Shown: piece after piece, positions 16,685 through 24,375 of the stretch
How positions within the stretch are numbered: position 1 is the first letter of the stretch
How the letters are laid out: every line of letters starts with the position of its first letter
Origin: an uncultured Candidatus Saccharibacteria bacterium
GTDB lineage: Bacteria > Patescibacteriota > Minisyncoccia > Phycocordibacterales > GWA1-40-21
Reading direction: 5' to 3'
Length of the DNA: 24,831 bases
NCBI GenBank assembly: GCA_964560805.1
Contig: CAZLLX010000001.1
Coordinates: 1-24,831 of the forward strand
Notes under the pieces: model-generated
Seen by the model: the letters and a program-made list of their open reading frames with translations, nothing else
Told to the model about the DNA's origin: nothing
Databases searched by the model: none
Translations under genes and position numbers: made by a program

Positions 16685-17431
16685 ATGCAAGATTTAGAAA
16701 TCATTATTCTGGCGGGTGGTAAGGGTAAACGAATGGGTGGAGACAAACCAAAAGTTCTGACAGAAATTAAGGGTCGGCCAATGATTTCATATGTACTTGG
16801 CGAAGTTAATAAATTTCAAAGTAATTCCCCGATTGTCGTTCTTGGTTATAAAGCGGAGGATGTTAAAAAAAATATTACTAATGAATCAAGAACAGCCATT
16901 CAAACCGAACAATTAGGTACTGGGCACGCTGTCTCCTGTGCCCTGCCATTCTTAAATAAGGTATCAAAATATGTAATGGTTTTGTATGGCGATCATCCAT
17001 TAGTTGATGCCGAAACAATTTCCAAAATATATAATATTCATAAACAACAAAATAAATCTCCAATTACCCTGGCCACCATAAAAGTCAGTGATTTCCTTGA
17101 TTGGCGCGCACCGTTTTACGATTTTGGTCGTATTATCAGAGGATCAAATGGAGAAATAGAATCTATTGTTGAAAAAAAGGATTCTAATGATGATCAACTT
17201 AAAATTACCGAGCTTAATCCTTCTTACTTTTGCTTTAACAAAGACTGGCTAATTGCCAATATCAGCAAAATTCAAAATAATAATTCCCAAAAAGAATTTT
17301 ATCTAACTGACTTAGTTGGCCTAGCCCAAAGTCAGGGCTATCACCTTAATTCATGCGAAATTGATACCCACAAGGCCCTGGGAGTTAACACACCAGAACA
17401 GTTGGCTCTGGTAACACAATTTATTAGATAA
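16685..17431 (+). CDS. NTP-transferase, GlmU N-terminal (UDP-GlcNAc pyrophosphorylase) domain only
   Basis: LAGGKGKRM, Q.EQLGTGHAV, LYGDHP, FGRIIR, IVEKKD, N.QKEFYLTD, GVNTPEQL. No hexapeptide acetyltransferase domain. Confidence 0.88.
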   Translation: MQDLEIIILAGGKGKRMGGDKPKVLTEIKGRPMISYVLGEVNKFQSNSPIVVLGYKAEDVKKNITNESRTAIQTEQLGTGHAVSCALPFLNKVSKYVMVLYGDHPLVDAETISKIYNIHKQQNKSPITLATIKVSDFLDWRAPFYDFGRIIRGSNGEIESIVEKKDSNDDQLKITELNPSYFCFNKDWLIANISKIQNNNSQKEFYLTDLVGLAQSQGYHLNSCEIDTHKALGVNTPEQLALVTQFIR

Positions 17432-17464
17432 CAAAAAAGCCTAGAACATCTAGGCTTTTTTGTT
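17430..17464. terminator. Bidirectional terminator, 16-bp perfect inverted repeat
   Basis: aacaaaaaagcctaga-aca-tctaggcttttttgtt, between convergent genes. Confidence 0.88.
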
Positions 17465-17477
17465 TAAATTTTACTAA

Positions 17478-18698
17478 TTACAAAGCGTCAATTGCTTCAT
17501 TTGCCAAATCTTCTGCCTCATTGGCATAATCTTCGGCGTCTGAATATTCTTCATCATCATAAGCTGCTTCCGCGTCATCTAATTTATCATTAGCATCACT
17601 TAGATAATCCTCAGCATCACCAACATCGTCTCCATTATCATCAGCGTCCGCAATTTCATTTTTAGCGTCTTTAATGGCACTTTTAGCATCACTGATTGCC
17701 TTTGAGGCCTTTGATTTTGCAGAACTTGAAGAACTAGAGCTTGAGCTTGAGGATTTTGTTCCGATTGAACTAATGGCTTTTTTAACCAAGCTTGATGCTT
17801 CATCAGCAGACTCTTCTGCTGATTCATAATCCTCATCATCTAGATAATTTCTAGCCTCATCAAGCTTATCTTTGGCTTGATCAAGTAAATCTTCAGATTT
17901 ACCGACACTTTTACCATCTCGATCAGCTTCGTTAATTTTTGATTTCGCCGAAATAATATCACCTGCCACATCATCAATTAAATTATCAATTTCATCCTCC
18001 TGGGTTTCACCACCAGCATCTTCATATCCATCTTTAGCGCTCTTGTATGAATCATCTGCCAAATCAAATGCTTCTTTATAATCTTTATCCAAATATGAAA
18101 CTACGGCATCAAACAAATCACGTTTTGCATCATCCAGGCTATCTAAAGCTGATTCCTTATTTTGATTTGAATCATCAATTTGATCGTCAGCATCATTAAT
18201 CATTTTAACTGCTTCTTTGATTCGGGTCTCAGCCTTTTTAGCATCAGCCGATGAGCTGGTTGTACCACCCTGATTTTTTAACTGAGCTTTTAAATCAAGT
18301 AATTGATTAGTTAAACTCACAATCAAAGCACTAGACGAGGTTGAATTTGAGGCACTAACTGAACCAGCTGATGTTGAACCTTTGATTAGAGATAGAAACT
18401 TGGCTCTTGAAGCTGGGCCAAAGAAACCGGATGCAGGTAAGCCATGATCTTTTTGCCACTTGGCAACCGCCTCTTGAGTTAGGGTTTTGTATTGATTAGT
18501 TTCATGGCCAGGTGAACCAACACCATCCTTTGAAATAGTATATCCATTATTGTTTAGATATTTTTGTAGACAACGAACATCCTCACCGGTTATACCATCA
18601 TCAAGGTCGCGGGTAAAATTACAGCCTGAATCGGCTGACACATTAAGCGCAATCAAACTTAAAACAAAAATTAATGAGAGATTAAATATTTTTTTCAT
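17478..18698 (-). CDS. Secreted peptidoglycan-binding protein with three acidic helical repeats
   Basis: Signal peptide. PG_binding_1-like G.DVR.LQKYL...T..AV.KWQ..HGLPASGFFGPASRA. Ser-rich linkers and three ~75-80 aa repeats. Confidence 0.82.
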   Translation of the reverse strand: MKKIFNLSLIFVLSLIALNVSADSGCNFTRDLDDGITGEDVRCLQKYLNNNGYTISKDGVGSPGHETNQYKTLTQEAVAKWQKDHGLPASGFFGPASRAKFLSLIKGSTSAGSVSASNSTSSSALIVSLTNQLLDLKAQLKNQGGTTSSSADAKKAETRIKEAVKMINDADDQIDDSNQNKESALDSLDDAKRDLFDAVVSYLDKDYKEAFDLADDSYKSAKDGYEDAGGETQEDEIDNLIDDVAGDIISAKSKINEADRDGKSVGKSEDLLDQAKDKLDEARNYLDDEDYESAEESADEASSLVKKAISSIGTKSSSSSSSSSSSAKSKASKAISDAKSAIKDAKNEIADADDNGDDVGDAEDYLSDANDKLDDAEAAYDDEEYSDAEDYANEAEDLANEAIDAL

Positions 18699-18710
18699 AT
18701 TATTAAATTA

Positions 18711-19619
18711 TTAACTATTAATCAAAAATACTGACAAGGTATTTATCAATTTCTCTTTGATCAAGATCGGCAAAATTCTTGCCCAATCATGAAGCATAGT
18801 GGCTAGTTCAACCCCAACAAATCTCCAATGCCATGGTTCATATTGATAATAGGCGTTATTTTTAGGATATGATAAAACAAAACCATACTTATAAGCGTTG
18901 GCCTGTAACCACTTAAATTCTTCGGTATTCTCAAAAGCAATTGTTAAAGTCGGTGATTTCATAGCCACCAAGTCAACGGTAGTTCCAAGTTGATGTTCTG
19001 AATAGCCTTGATCGGCGGAAAATTGATTTGATCCACTGCCATAGGTTGTTAAATAATTTGCCTTAAGACTTGTTTGATCCTTAAATGAACGATAAGCTGA
19101 GGAAATTTTAAGATCAATGCCGTCCTTAGAATTTGCTCTGTCAATCATTTTTTTCAAAAACGATAGGGCCATTGAATGAAATTGATATGTTCGTTTCGGA
19201 TCAAGAACATATTTTTCCGGAATATTAGACAATCTCATTGGCACATAATTTTCACTCAAGAAATATACTCGTGAATACTTTTGCAGCAACTCCTTATCTG
19301 TTTGTGATAATTTTTCAAGTGTACCAACAGAATCATTTATATCGTTAATTGCGTCTTCAAAAGACTCAGCCCGGTTTTGCTGTTCAATCAAACGTTGTGT
19401 TAGTTCCCTGGTGGTTGTTGCCTGACCACTTTCAATAATTTCAAGTCGCGCGGTAATATTCTTATCATTAATAGCAACTGTATTTTTTAGATTATTAATA
19501 ACTGTAAACTGCCAAACAAAAGCAACAAAAATTACAACTATTACTAAAAACACAATACCGTCAGAAACAAGAAGCCATTTAGTACCAGACATTGATTGTT
19601 TAATTTTATTCCAGTCCAT
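18711..19619 (-). CDS. M15B/VanY-like D-alanyl-D-alanine carboxypeptidase, membrane-anchored; C-terminus probably frameshifted
   Basis: TM plus coiled coil, SAYRS..DQ, SEHQLGTTVD, YEPWHWRF. See the frameshift finding. Confidence 0.9.
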   Translation of the reverse strand: MDWNKIKQSMSGTKWLLVSDGIVFLVIVVIFVAFVWQFTVINNLKNTVAINDKNITARLEIIESGQATTTRELTQRLIEQQNRAESFEDAINDINDSVGTLEKLSQTDKELLQKYSRVYFLSENYVPMRLSNIPEKYVLDPKRTYQFHSMALSFLKKMIDRANSKDGIDLKISSAYRSFKDQTSLKANYLTTYGSGSNQFSADQGYSEHQLGTTVDLVAMKSPTLTIAFENTEEFKWLQANAYKYGFVLSYPKNNAYYQYEPWHWRFVGVELATMLHDWARILPILIKEKLINTLSVFLINS

Positions 19620-19623
19620 ATAT

Positions 19624-20700
19624 TTATTTAGTTAAAGGATGTTGCCAGAAAAAATCTAACATTGTTTTTGTAGCAGAGATATTTTGGGTTGTTGTACCTA
19701 AAATATAATTAAGAATCAGACCATTAACCTTGCTACCAGGCCAGGTATGTCCACCATCAGTAATTGTACAAAGCTCGATTGGATTTTTACCGCCAGCATA
19801 CTCAACACAATTAACATCACCTTGCAAATAAATACCTTTAGCGGAACTAGTGATCTTGTTATTTGTTTTGAAAAAATTAATGGTATCTAAAACAGAAATA
19901 TATGGACCACCAACAACGAAAGATTTTGGTAAACTTTTATCAGAATAACCACCTAAATATGGTACAAATTTATCAGCTGTACCGTGGAAATGAATAATAG
20001 GGATTGCTCTGGTTGGATGACAATCGCTTTTATTTAAGACTAGTACCGAGGCAACGGGTGCGATAGCAGCAAAGGTATCAGTCATTTCACAAGCCAGACG
20101 ATAAGACACCATGCCGCCCATTGAAATACCTGTTGAATATATGCGATTAGTATCAATTTTATATTGTGATGAAATATTTTTTATCATTTCTTTAACAAAT
20201 AATACATCATCAACTTTTTTCTGATATGCCAATCCTCCACCAGCTGGGCCACCATTCCAGGTCGCTTGAATTTCCTTTTCCGTACTTTTAACCGAAGGGG
20301 TACCAAGTGGATATACAACAATGAAATTTCTAGTTTCAGCTTCTACATCCATATTTGACATCTCTTCTATGTTTTTATTGTTACTGCCGCCCCCATGAAA
20401 GACAAAAATAAGCGGTACAGCTATAGAACTATTATATGATTTTGGCACATACAAATTATAAGTTCTTGTTTGACCATTAACAACAACATTGAACGTTTTG
20501 CTGATATTGGTAGCAATTGAATTTGAACTATTTTTATTTGTAATCAATTTACCAGCTACTGTTGCTGTTTGATTAATGAGATCTTCATCACTGGTACTAT
20601 TTTCGCCTAAATAGTCAAAATTTTGACTATTATGAACAAAATAATAACCGACAACTACAAGTAATAATATAATAAACAAAATAGCAATCTTTTTTTTCAT
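19624..20700 (-). CDS. PHB-depolymerase/LpqC-type alpha/beta hydrolase, membrane-anchored
   Basis: R.Y.LYVP, FHGGG, G.SMGG nucleophile elbow, HGTAD, GGHTWPG. Confidence 0.88.
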   Translation of the reverse strand: MKKKIAILFIILLLVVVGYYFVHNSQNFDYLGENSTSDEDLINQTATVAGKLITNKNSSNSIATNISKTFNVVVNGQTRTYNLYVPKSYNSSIAVPLIFVFHGGGSNNKNIEEMSNMDVEAETRNFIVVYPLGTPSVKSTEKEIQATWNGGPAGGGLAYQKKVDDVLFVKEMIKNISSQYKIDTNRIYSTGISMGGMVSYRLACEMTDTFAAIAPVASVLVLNKSDCHPTRAIPIIHFHGTADKFVPYLGGYSDKSLPKSFVVGGPYISVLDTINFFKTNNKITSSAKGIYLQGDVNCVEYAGGKNPIELCTITDGGHTWPGSKVNGLILNYILGTTTQNISATKTMLDFFWQHPLTK

Positions 20701-20721
20701 GTTTACATTATACCAAATGCC

Positions 20722-20773
20722 AATAAATATTAAAACACCACCTCAAAGTTTGGGTGGTGTTTTAATATTTATT
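20722..20773 (-). terminator. Terminator-like hairpin, 21-bp perfect inverted repeat
   Basis: aataaatattaaaacaccacc (20722-20742) pairs with ggtggtgttttaatatttatt (20753-20773). Closes the ECF module. Confidence 0.82.
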
Positions 20774-20776
20774 ATT

Positions 20777-21529
20777 CTACTTATTTAGTTTTGCCTTCAA
20801 AGCAATTTTTAAGGCCTCAACTTTATTTTTAAAATCAGTCTGAGCTTTTTCAAATGCTTGCTTTCTGGTTTCAACTAAAGCTTTAACATTTTCATCTGAC
20901 TTGCCTAGGCCCTTAACAGAATTTTTAAAGGTTTCTTGGGCTGATTTTACACTTGCCTGAAAAGTTTCTTTGACTGTAGTGTTATCAACACCAGCTTGGC
21001 AGTCGACCTTGGCCTTATTTACAGCTGACTCAATAGCGGCTTTTCTAACGGCAATTGCTTCTGAAATTTTTGTCTGTCTATCACTAACTAATGAATCAAT
21101 ACCCTTTCGATAAGCATCACGCGCAGCATCAACAGCGCTCTGTCTTTCGGTAACTGCCGCCTTTACGCCAGCTTGAAATTCAGTAATTGCTGCTTTTGCC
21201 TCAGTTGAAGTAGCTTTGTTTAATAAGTTATCAATTTTAATTTGCTCTTTATTTAAAGCTTCAGTTCTCTTGGCTGACACTTGATTATCTTTTTCCGCTC
21301 GTCTTGTACTCATTTCTGATTCTCGCTTATCAAGTCTACCCTTAATTTCTGCTTCTTTATTGGCTAATTTCAAGGCAGAATCACCAAGTTTCTTATCAAG
21401 ATTTTCACAAAACTTGGCACCTTTATTTTCCTTTGGTAATTTTGCACCATCTGTAGCCGCAAACATGAATTGTGGCACGATCAAGGTTGCAAGAACGAAA
21501 GCACTTATAATTTGTTTATTGTATTTCAT
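20777..21529 (-). CDS. Secreted Ala/Lys-rich all-helical (coiled-coil) protein
   Basis: Signal peptide ending FMFA, long heptad-like helices, two Cys. Overlaps the upstream gene by 14 nt. Confidence 0.8.
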   Translation of the reverse strand: MKYNKQIISAFVLATLIVPQFMFAATDGAKLPKENKGAKFCENLDKKLGDSALKLANKEAEIKGRLDKRESEMSTRRAEKDNQVSAKRTEALNKEQIKIDNLLNKATSTEAKAAITEFQAGVKAAVTERQSAVDAARDAYRKGIDSLVSDRQTKISEAIAVRKAAIESAVNKAKVDCQAGVDNTTVKETFQASVKSAQETFKNSVKGLGKSDENVKALVETRKQAFEKAQTDFKNKVEALKIALKAKLNK

Positions 21530-21950
21530 AATTTGAATTAATTAAATCAACTGATAAATCTTCATCACTATAAACCGGCTCATCAAAGATACTGTCAATT
21601 TGATCAAGCTCGGTCAACAATGAATCAACATCAACTTCTTCGCCGGCTACTTCAACTTTTGTCTCGGTAACCAGGACTGGCTTGATTGGCTTTGGCTTCA
21701 TGTCATCATTTATCATAAAGACAAAGGCGACAATTAGAGCCGAAACCAATACCCCACCAGACAATATTTTTACTTTTTTCGACATATATTCTATTAAACT
21801 ATTAAATTTACCCGTCTGCTTATTATAACGAACAACTTGATCATTTGTGACATTGATTTTAGTCTGATCAAGAATTGAATTCAAAAGAGCTGGTTCTGGT
21901 TTAACCGAGTTAACGATTTCTGCTATTTGATTTTCATTAAAACTTTTCAT
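21516..21950 (-). CDS. Putative single-TM anti-sigma factor
   Basis: ATG abuts the ECF sigma stop. ~60-aa cytoplasmic N-terminus, one TM helix, acidic tail. Function inferred from position and topology. Confidence 0.6.
   Translation of the reverse strand: MKSFNENQIAEIVNSVKPEPALLNSILDQTKINVTNDQVVRYNKQTGKFNSLIEYMSKKVKILSGGVLVSALIVAFVFMINDDMKPKPIKPVLVTETKVEVAGEEVDVDSLLTELDQIDSIFDEPVYSDEDLSVDLINSNYEIQ
21825..21854 (-). promoter_or_regulatory. ECF-type promoter motif, copy B (intragenic)
   Basis: Minus strand aatgtcacaaa-tg-atcaa-gttg-ttcgttat. Confidence 0.6.
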
Positions 21951-22496
21951 TTATTCTTTAAAATTTATTATCTGCCTTAAATTTTTTATTCCTCGAGATT
22001 GTAGTTGCCTAACCGCTTCTTCGCTTTTTCCCATTATCTTGGATATTTCTAAGTTACTTTTATCATCAAGGTATTTCAGGATTAAAGCATCTGCCTCATT
22101 TTCCGATAACTGATTCAAGGCCTGCTTCAATTCGCTTATCTGATCTTTTTGCTCGGCAATCGTTTTGGGTGTTTCGTTTTCAACTAGTAAATTTTCAGCA
22201 GCCTCGTCAGCTATTGTCGGTATTTTCTTTCTGCGATAATTATCAATTAACAGATTTCTGGCAATTGTATAAAAATATGTTAGTGGATTTCTGTCTGTTA
22301 TTTTATATGTATCCAGTGAATTAAAGATTTTTATGAACACATCTTGGGTTAAATCATTAGCCAAATCTGCATCGCTGGTTCTAAAATAAAAATAGCGATA
22401 TATTGGCGTCAAATACACTTCGTAAATCTGACCGAAGGCTTCTTTGTCCCCGTTTTGTGCTTTTACTATCAAATCCTTTATTTCCACTTCTATCAT
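21951..22496 (-). CDS. ECF (sigma-70 group IV) RNA polymerase sigma factor
   Basis: AQNGDKEAFGQIYE.Y, A.DLTQDVFIK, YFYTIARN..ID.YR, L..LSENE..., EIS.IMGKSEEAVRQLQSRG. Start placed at ATG 22496. Confidence 0.93.
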   Translation of the reverse strand: MIEVEIKDLIVKAQNGDKEAFGQIYEVYLTPIYRYFYFRTSDADLANDLTQDVFIKIFNSLDTYKITDRNPLTYFYTIARNLLIDNYRRKKIPTIADEAAENLLVENETPKTIAEQKDQISELKQALNQLSENEADALILKYLDDKSNLEISKIMGKSEEAVRQLQSRGIKNLRQIINFKE

Positions 22497-22498
22497 AA

Positions 22499-22528
22499 AT
22501 AACGAAATTATTGATTCTTTGTGACATT
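22499..22528 (-). promoter_or_regulatory. ECF-type promoter motif, copy A (putative autoregulatory)
   Basis: Minus strand aatgtcacaaa-ga-atcaa-taat-ttcgttat. CGTT lies 4 nt before the ATG. Confidence 0.68.
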
Positions 22529-22531
22529 TTA

Positions 22532-23773
22532 TCACAAAAACAGCAAATCTCTGTCTAAATCATCGGAATCAGTACCACCTGGGTTATTTTTAAGTGCTTT
22601 TTGACTTGAAGCCAAATACACCGCCTTGCTGCCAAATTTTTCTTCTAACTTATCAATTTGCTCGTGGATTATATCAAACTTATTAGATTTGGAGGCCGAT
22701 ATAAATAAACCATCTTGAATTAAATGTTTTTTAGTTAAATTATGAAGAACAATGCCGGTTGTTCGATATAATTTATTTTTTTGAAAGATATTTGGCAAAT
22801 GCTTTTGAATTAATGAAAATATTATTTCTGGACTGTTAGTAAAAGAGCTTAGATTAATTGTTAAGTTTTGATAATCAAAATTTTTAGTTTTTAGAAAAAA
22901 TGTAAAGCGATTAGTTTTTAAATCAAAGTGTCTAGCTTTTAAACAAGCTTCTTCGGTATGTTTTGATAATTGTGACAATAAAAAATCCCTGTCTGAATTG
23001 GCTGGATAAAATGATCGAGTTTTTTGAATTGAAGAAAAATCTTCTTTAGGTTTTTGGTTGACCATTAATAAACTTTCTCCCTTTAATTCACGCCATAGGA
23101 TTTCAGCGGGTTTATGAAGATTAGTTTTGATCCAAGTTAAGTCCTTATTTATAAAATCAAACGCCAAAATCAATCCCATTTTGTTTAGTTTTTCTGCACT
23201 TTTGGGGCCAATACCCCAGATTTTACCTAATGGTGTTTTACTTAAATAGAAATCAACTTTCTCTTTTTCAATTACCGTTAAGCCGTTTGGTTTTTGCCAT
23301 TTCGAAGCCACTTTAGCTAAAACCTTGGTAGGGGCCAGTCCGATTGATACTGAGAGTTTTAATTCATTACTGATTTCATCTTTTATTTTTTGTGCAATTT
23401 CCAAATAGCTTAGTTTTAAAATTCTATCGTAACCAGTTAAATCAGCGAAACATTCATCAATGCTGTACTCTTCAACGATGTCTGCATAACGACGAACAAT
23501 ATCAAACATTAATTCAGAATATTTTACGTAACTTTTATAATCACCTGGTAAAATTATAATTTTGGGCCAAGTTTTTTTAACCTTACTGGTTGGCATACCG
23601 CGAACCACACCAAGAGCTTTGGCTTCATAAGATAAGGCTGTAACTATTCCTCGTTCTTGTCCGGTCACAACCGGTAAACCTTTTAATTTTGGATTTTTGG
23701 CCACTTCAACACCAACAAAAAATGCATCGCCATCAATATGTAAAATGCATTTTTTGTTGGTGATTTTCTCCAT
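22532..23773 (-). CDS. dinB: Y-family DNA polymerase IV (DinB/UmuC-like)
   Basis: HIDGDAFF, SYEAK..GV..GMP, YSIDECFADLTG, SIGLAP.K.LAKVAS..QKPNGL, IWGIG, D.L..KFG. Start placed at ATG 23773. Confidence 0.92.
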   Translation of the reverse strand: MEKITNKKCILHIDGDAFFVGVEVAKNPKLKGLPVVTGQERGIVTALSYEAKALGVVRGMPTSKVKKTWPKIIILPGDYKSYVKYSELMFDIVRRYADIVEEYSIDECFADLTGYDRILKLSYLEIAQKIKDEISNELKLSVSIGLAPTKVLAKVASKWQKPNGLTVIEKEKVDFYLSKTPLGKIWGIGPKSAEKLNKMGLILAFDFINKDLTWIKTNLHKPAEILWRELKGESLLMVNQKPKEDFSSIQKTRSFYPANSDRDFLLSQLSKHTEEACLKARHFDLKTNRFTFFLKTKNFDYQNLTINLSSFTNSPEIIFSLIQKHLPNIFQKNKLYRTTGIVLHNLTKKHLIQDGLFISASKSNKFDIIHEQIDKLEEKFGSKAVYLASSQKALKNNPGGTDSDDLDRDLLFL

Positions 23774-23779
23774 CACCTT

Positions 23780-23808
23780 ATTATAAGTGAACAATCGTTC
23801 ACTGTCTA
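23780..23808 (-). promoter_or_regulatory. dinB promoter containing a LexA-type SOS box
   Basis: TAGACA (23808-23803), N17, TATAAT (23785-23780). AGTGAAC-AATC-GTTCACT at 23786-23803. Confidence 0.78.
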
Positions 23809-23809
23809 A

Positions 23810-24016
23810 TTATTTTCGAGCAAGTTTACCAAGATTAATTAAAACCCATAGGGCTGACAAGCCAACCAAGGTATAAACGATTCGAGCTATAACTGACATG
23901 TCGCCAAAGATAGCGGCCACCAAGTCAAAGCTCAAAAGACCAACTAGGGCCCAATTCAAGCCACCAACGATGACAAGAACTAGAGCAACCCAATCAATAA
24001 CCTTTAATTTATTCAT
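23810..24016 (-). CDS. DUF378 family small membrane protein
   Basis: DW.AL.LVIVGGLNW.LVG...FDLVAAIFG..S...RIVY.LVGLSA. Confidence 0.88.
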   Translation of the reverse strand: MNKLKVIDWVALVLVIVGGLNWALVGLLSFDLVAAIFGDMSVIARIVYTLVGLSALWVLINLGKLARK

Positions 24017-24074
24017 TTAAATAATCAAATTACTTTATTAAGGCTCGACTAGACCTTCAGATATTATACCATTT

Positions 24075-24106
24075 AAAATAGCCGCTATCCAGTTGGATTA
24101 CGCGGC
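24075..24106 (-). terminator. Terminator-like hairpin after the 88-aa ORF
   Basis: gccgc and atcc/ggat stems, followed by tatttt on the minus strand. Confidence 0.5.
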
Positions 24107-24108
24107 CA

Positions 24109-24375
24109 CTATGCACAACCCGAAATATCGAGGGCTTTCAATTTCCCGAGAATACCTTCCGCACCGAGATAATTGCATAGAATTTGGGGGTGGAACGGAA
24201 ACCGCAGCAGAAACATATTCTGATCTGGGTCATCCGTGTCGGGCACGTAGGCACCAGCCAGTAAGGCGGCCCTGACTATCGCTTCGGTGGTGAGTTCGCG
24301 CTCGATTACGCAAATCACCAAGCAAACAACTGGTCCGAGATTCTTTGGACCAGGTTCAATACCAAAGTCGGTCAT
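24109..24375 (-). CDS. Small hypothetical protein, ~51% GC
   Basis: AAAGGAAA SD-like sequence before the ATG, hairpins on both sides. GC 136/267 by hand count. Confidence 0.6.
   Translation of the reverse strand: MTDFGIEPGPKNLGPVVCLVICVIERELTTEAIVRAALLAGAYVPDTDDPDQNMFLLRFPFHPQILCNYLGAEGILGKLKALDISGCA

Noticed and set aside
17715-17760. Poly-Ser low-complexity stretch as a VNTR or contingency locus
   Set aside because: Mixed Ser codons and no perfect tandem unit. It is an ordinary linker.
22518-22538. TGTGA-N7-TCACA as a CRP or Rex site
   Set aside because: The spacer is 7, not the canonical 6, and one arm is explained by the ECF -35. Kept only as an unnamed dyad.
24040-24058. Small hairpin aaggt..agcctt in the DUF378 leader
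   Set aside because: Only ~5 bp with a wobble pair, and no recognisable riboswitch features.
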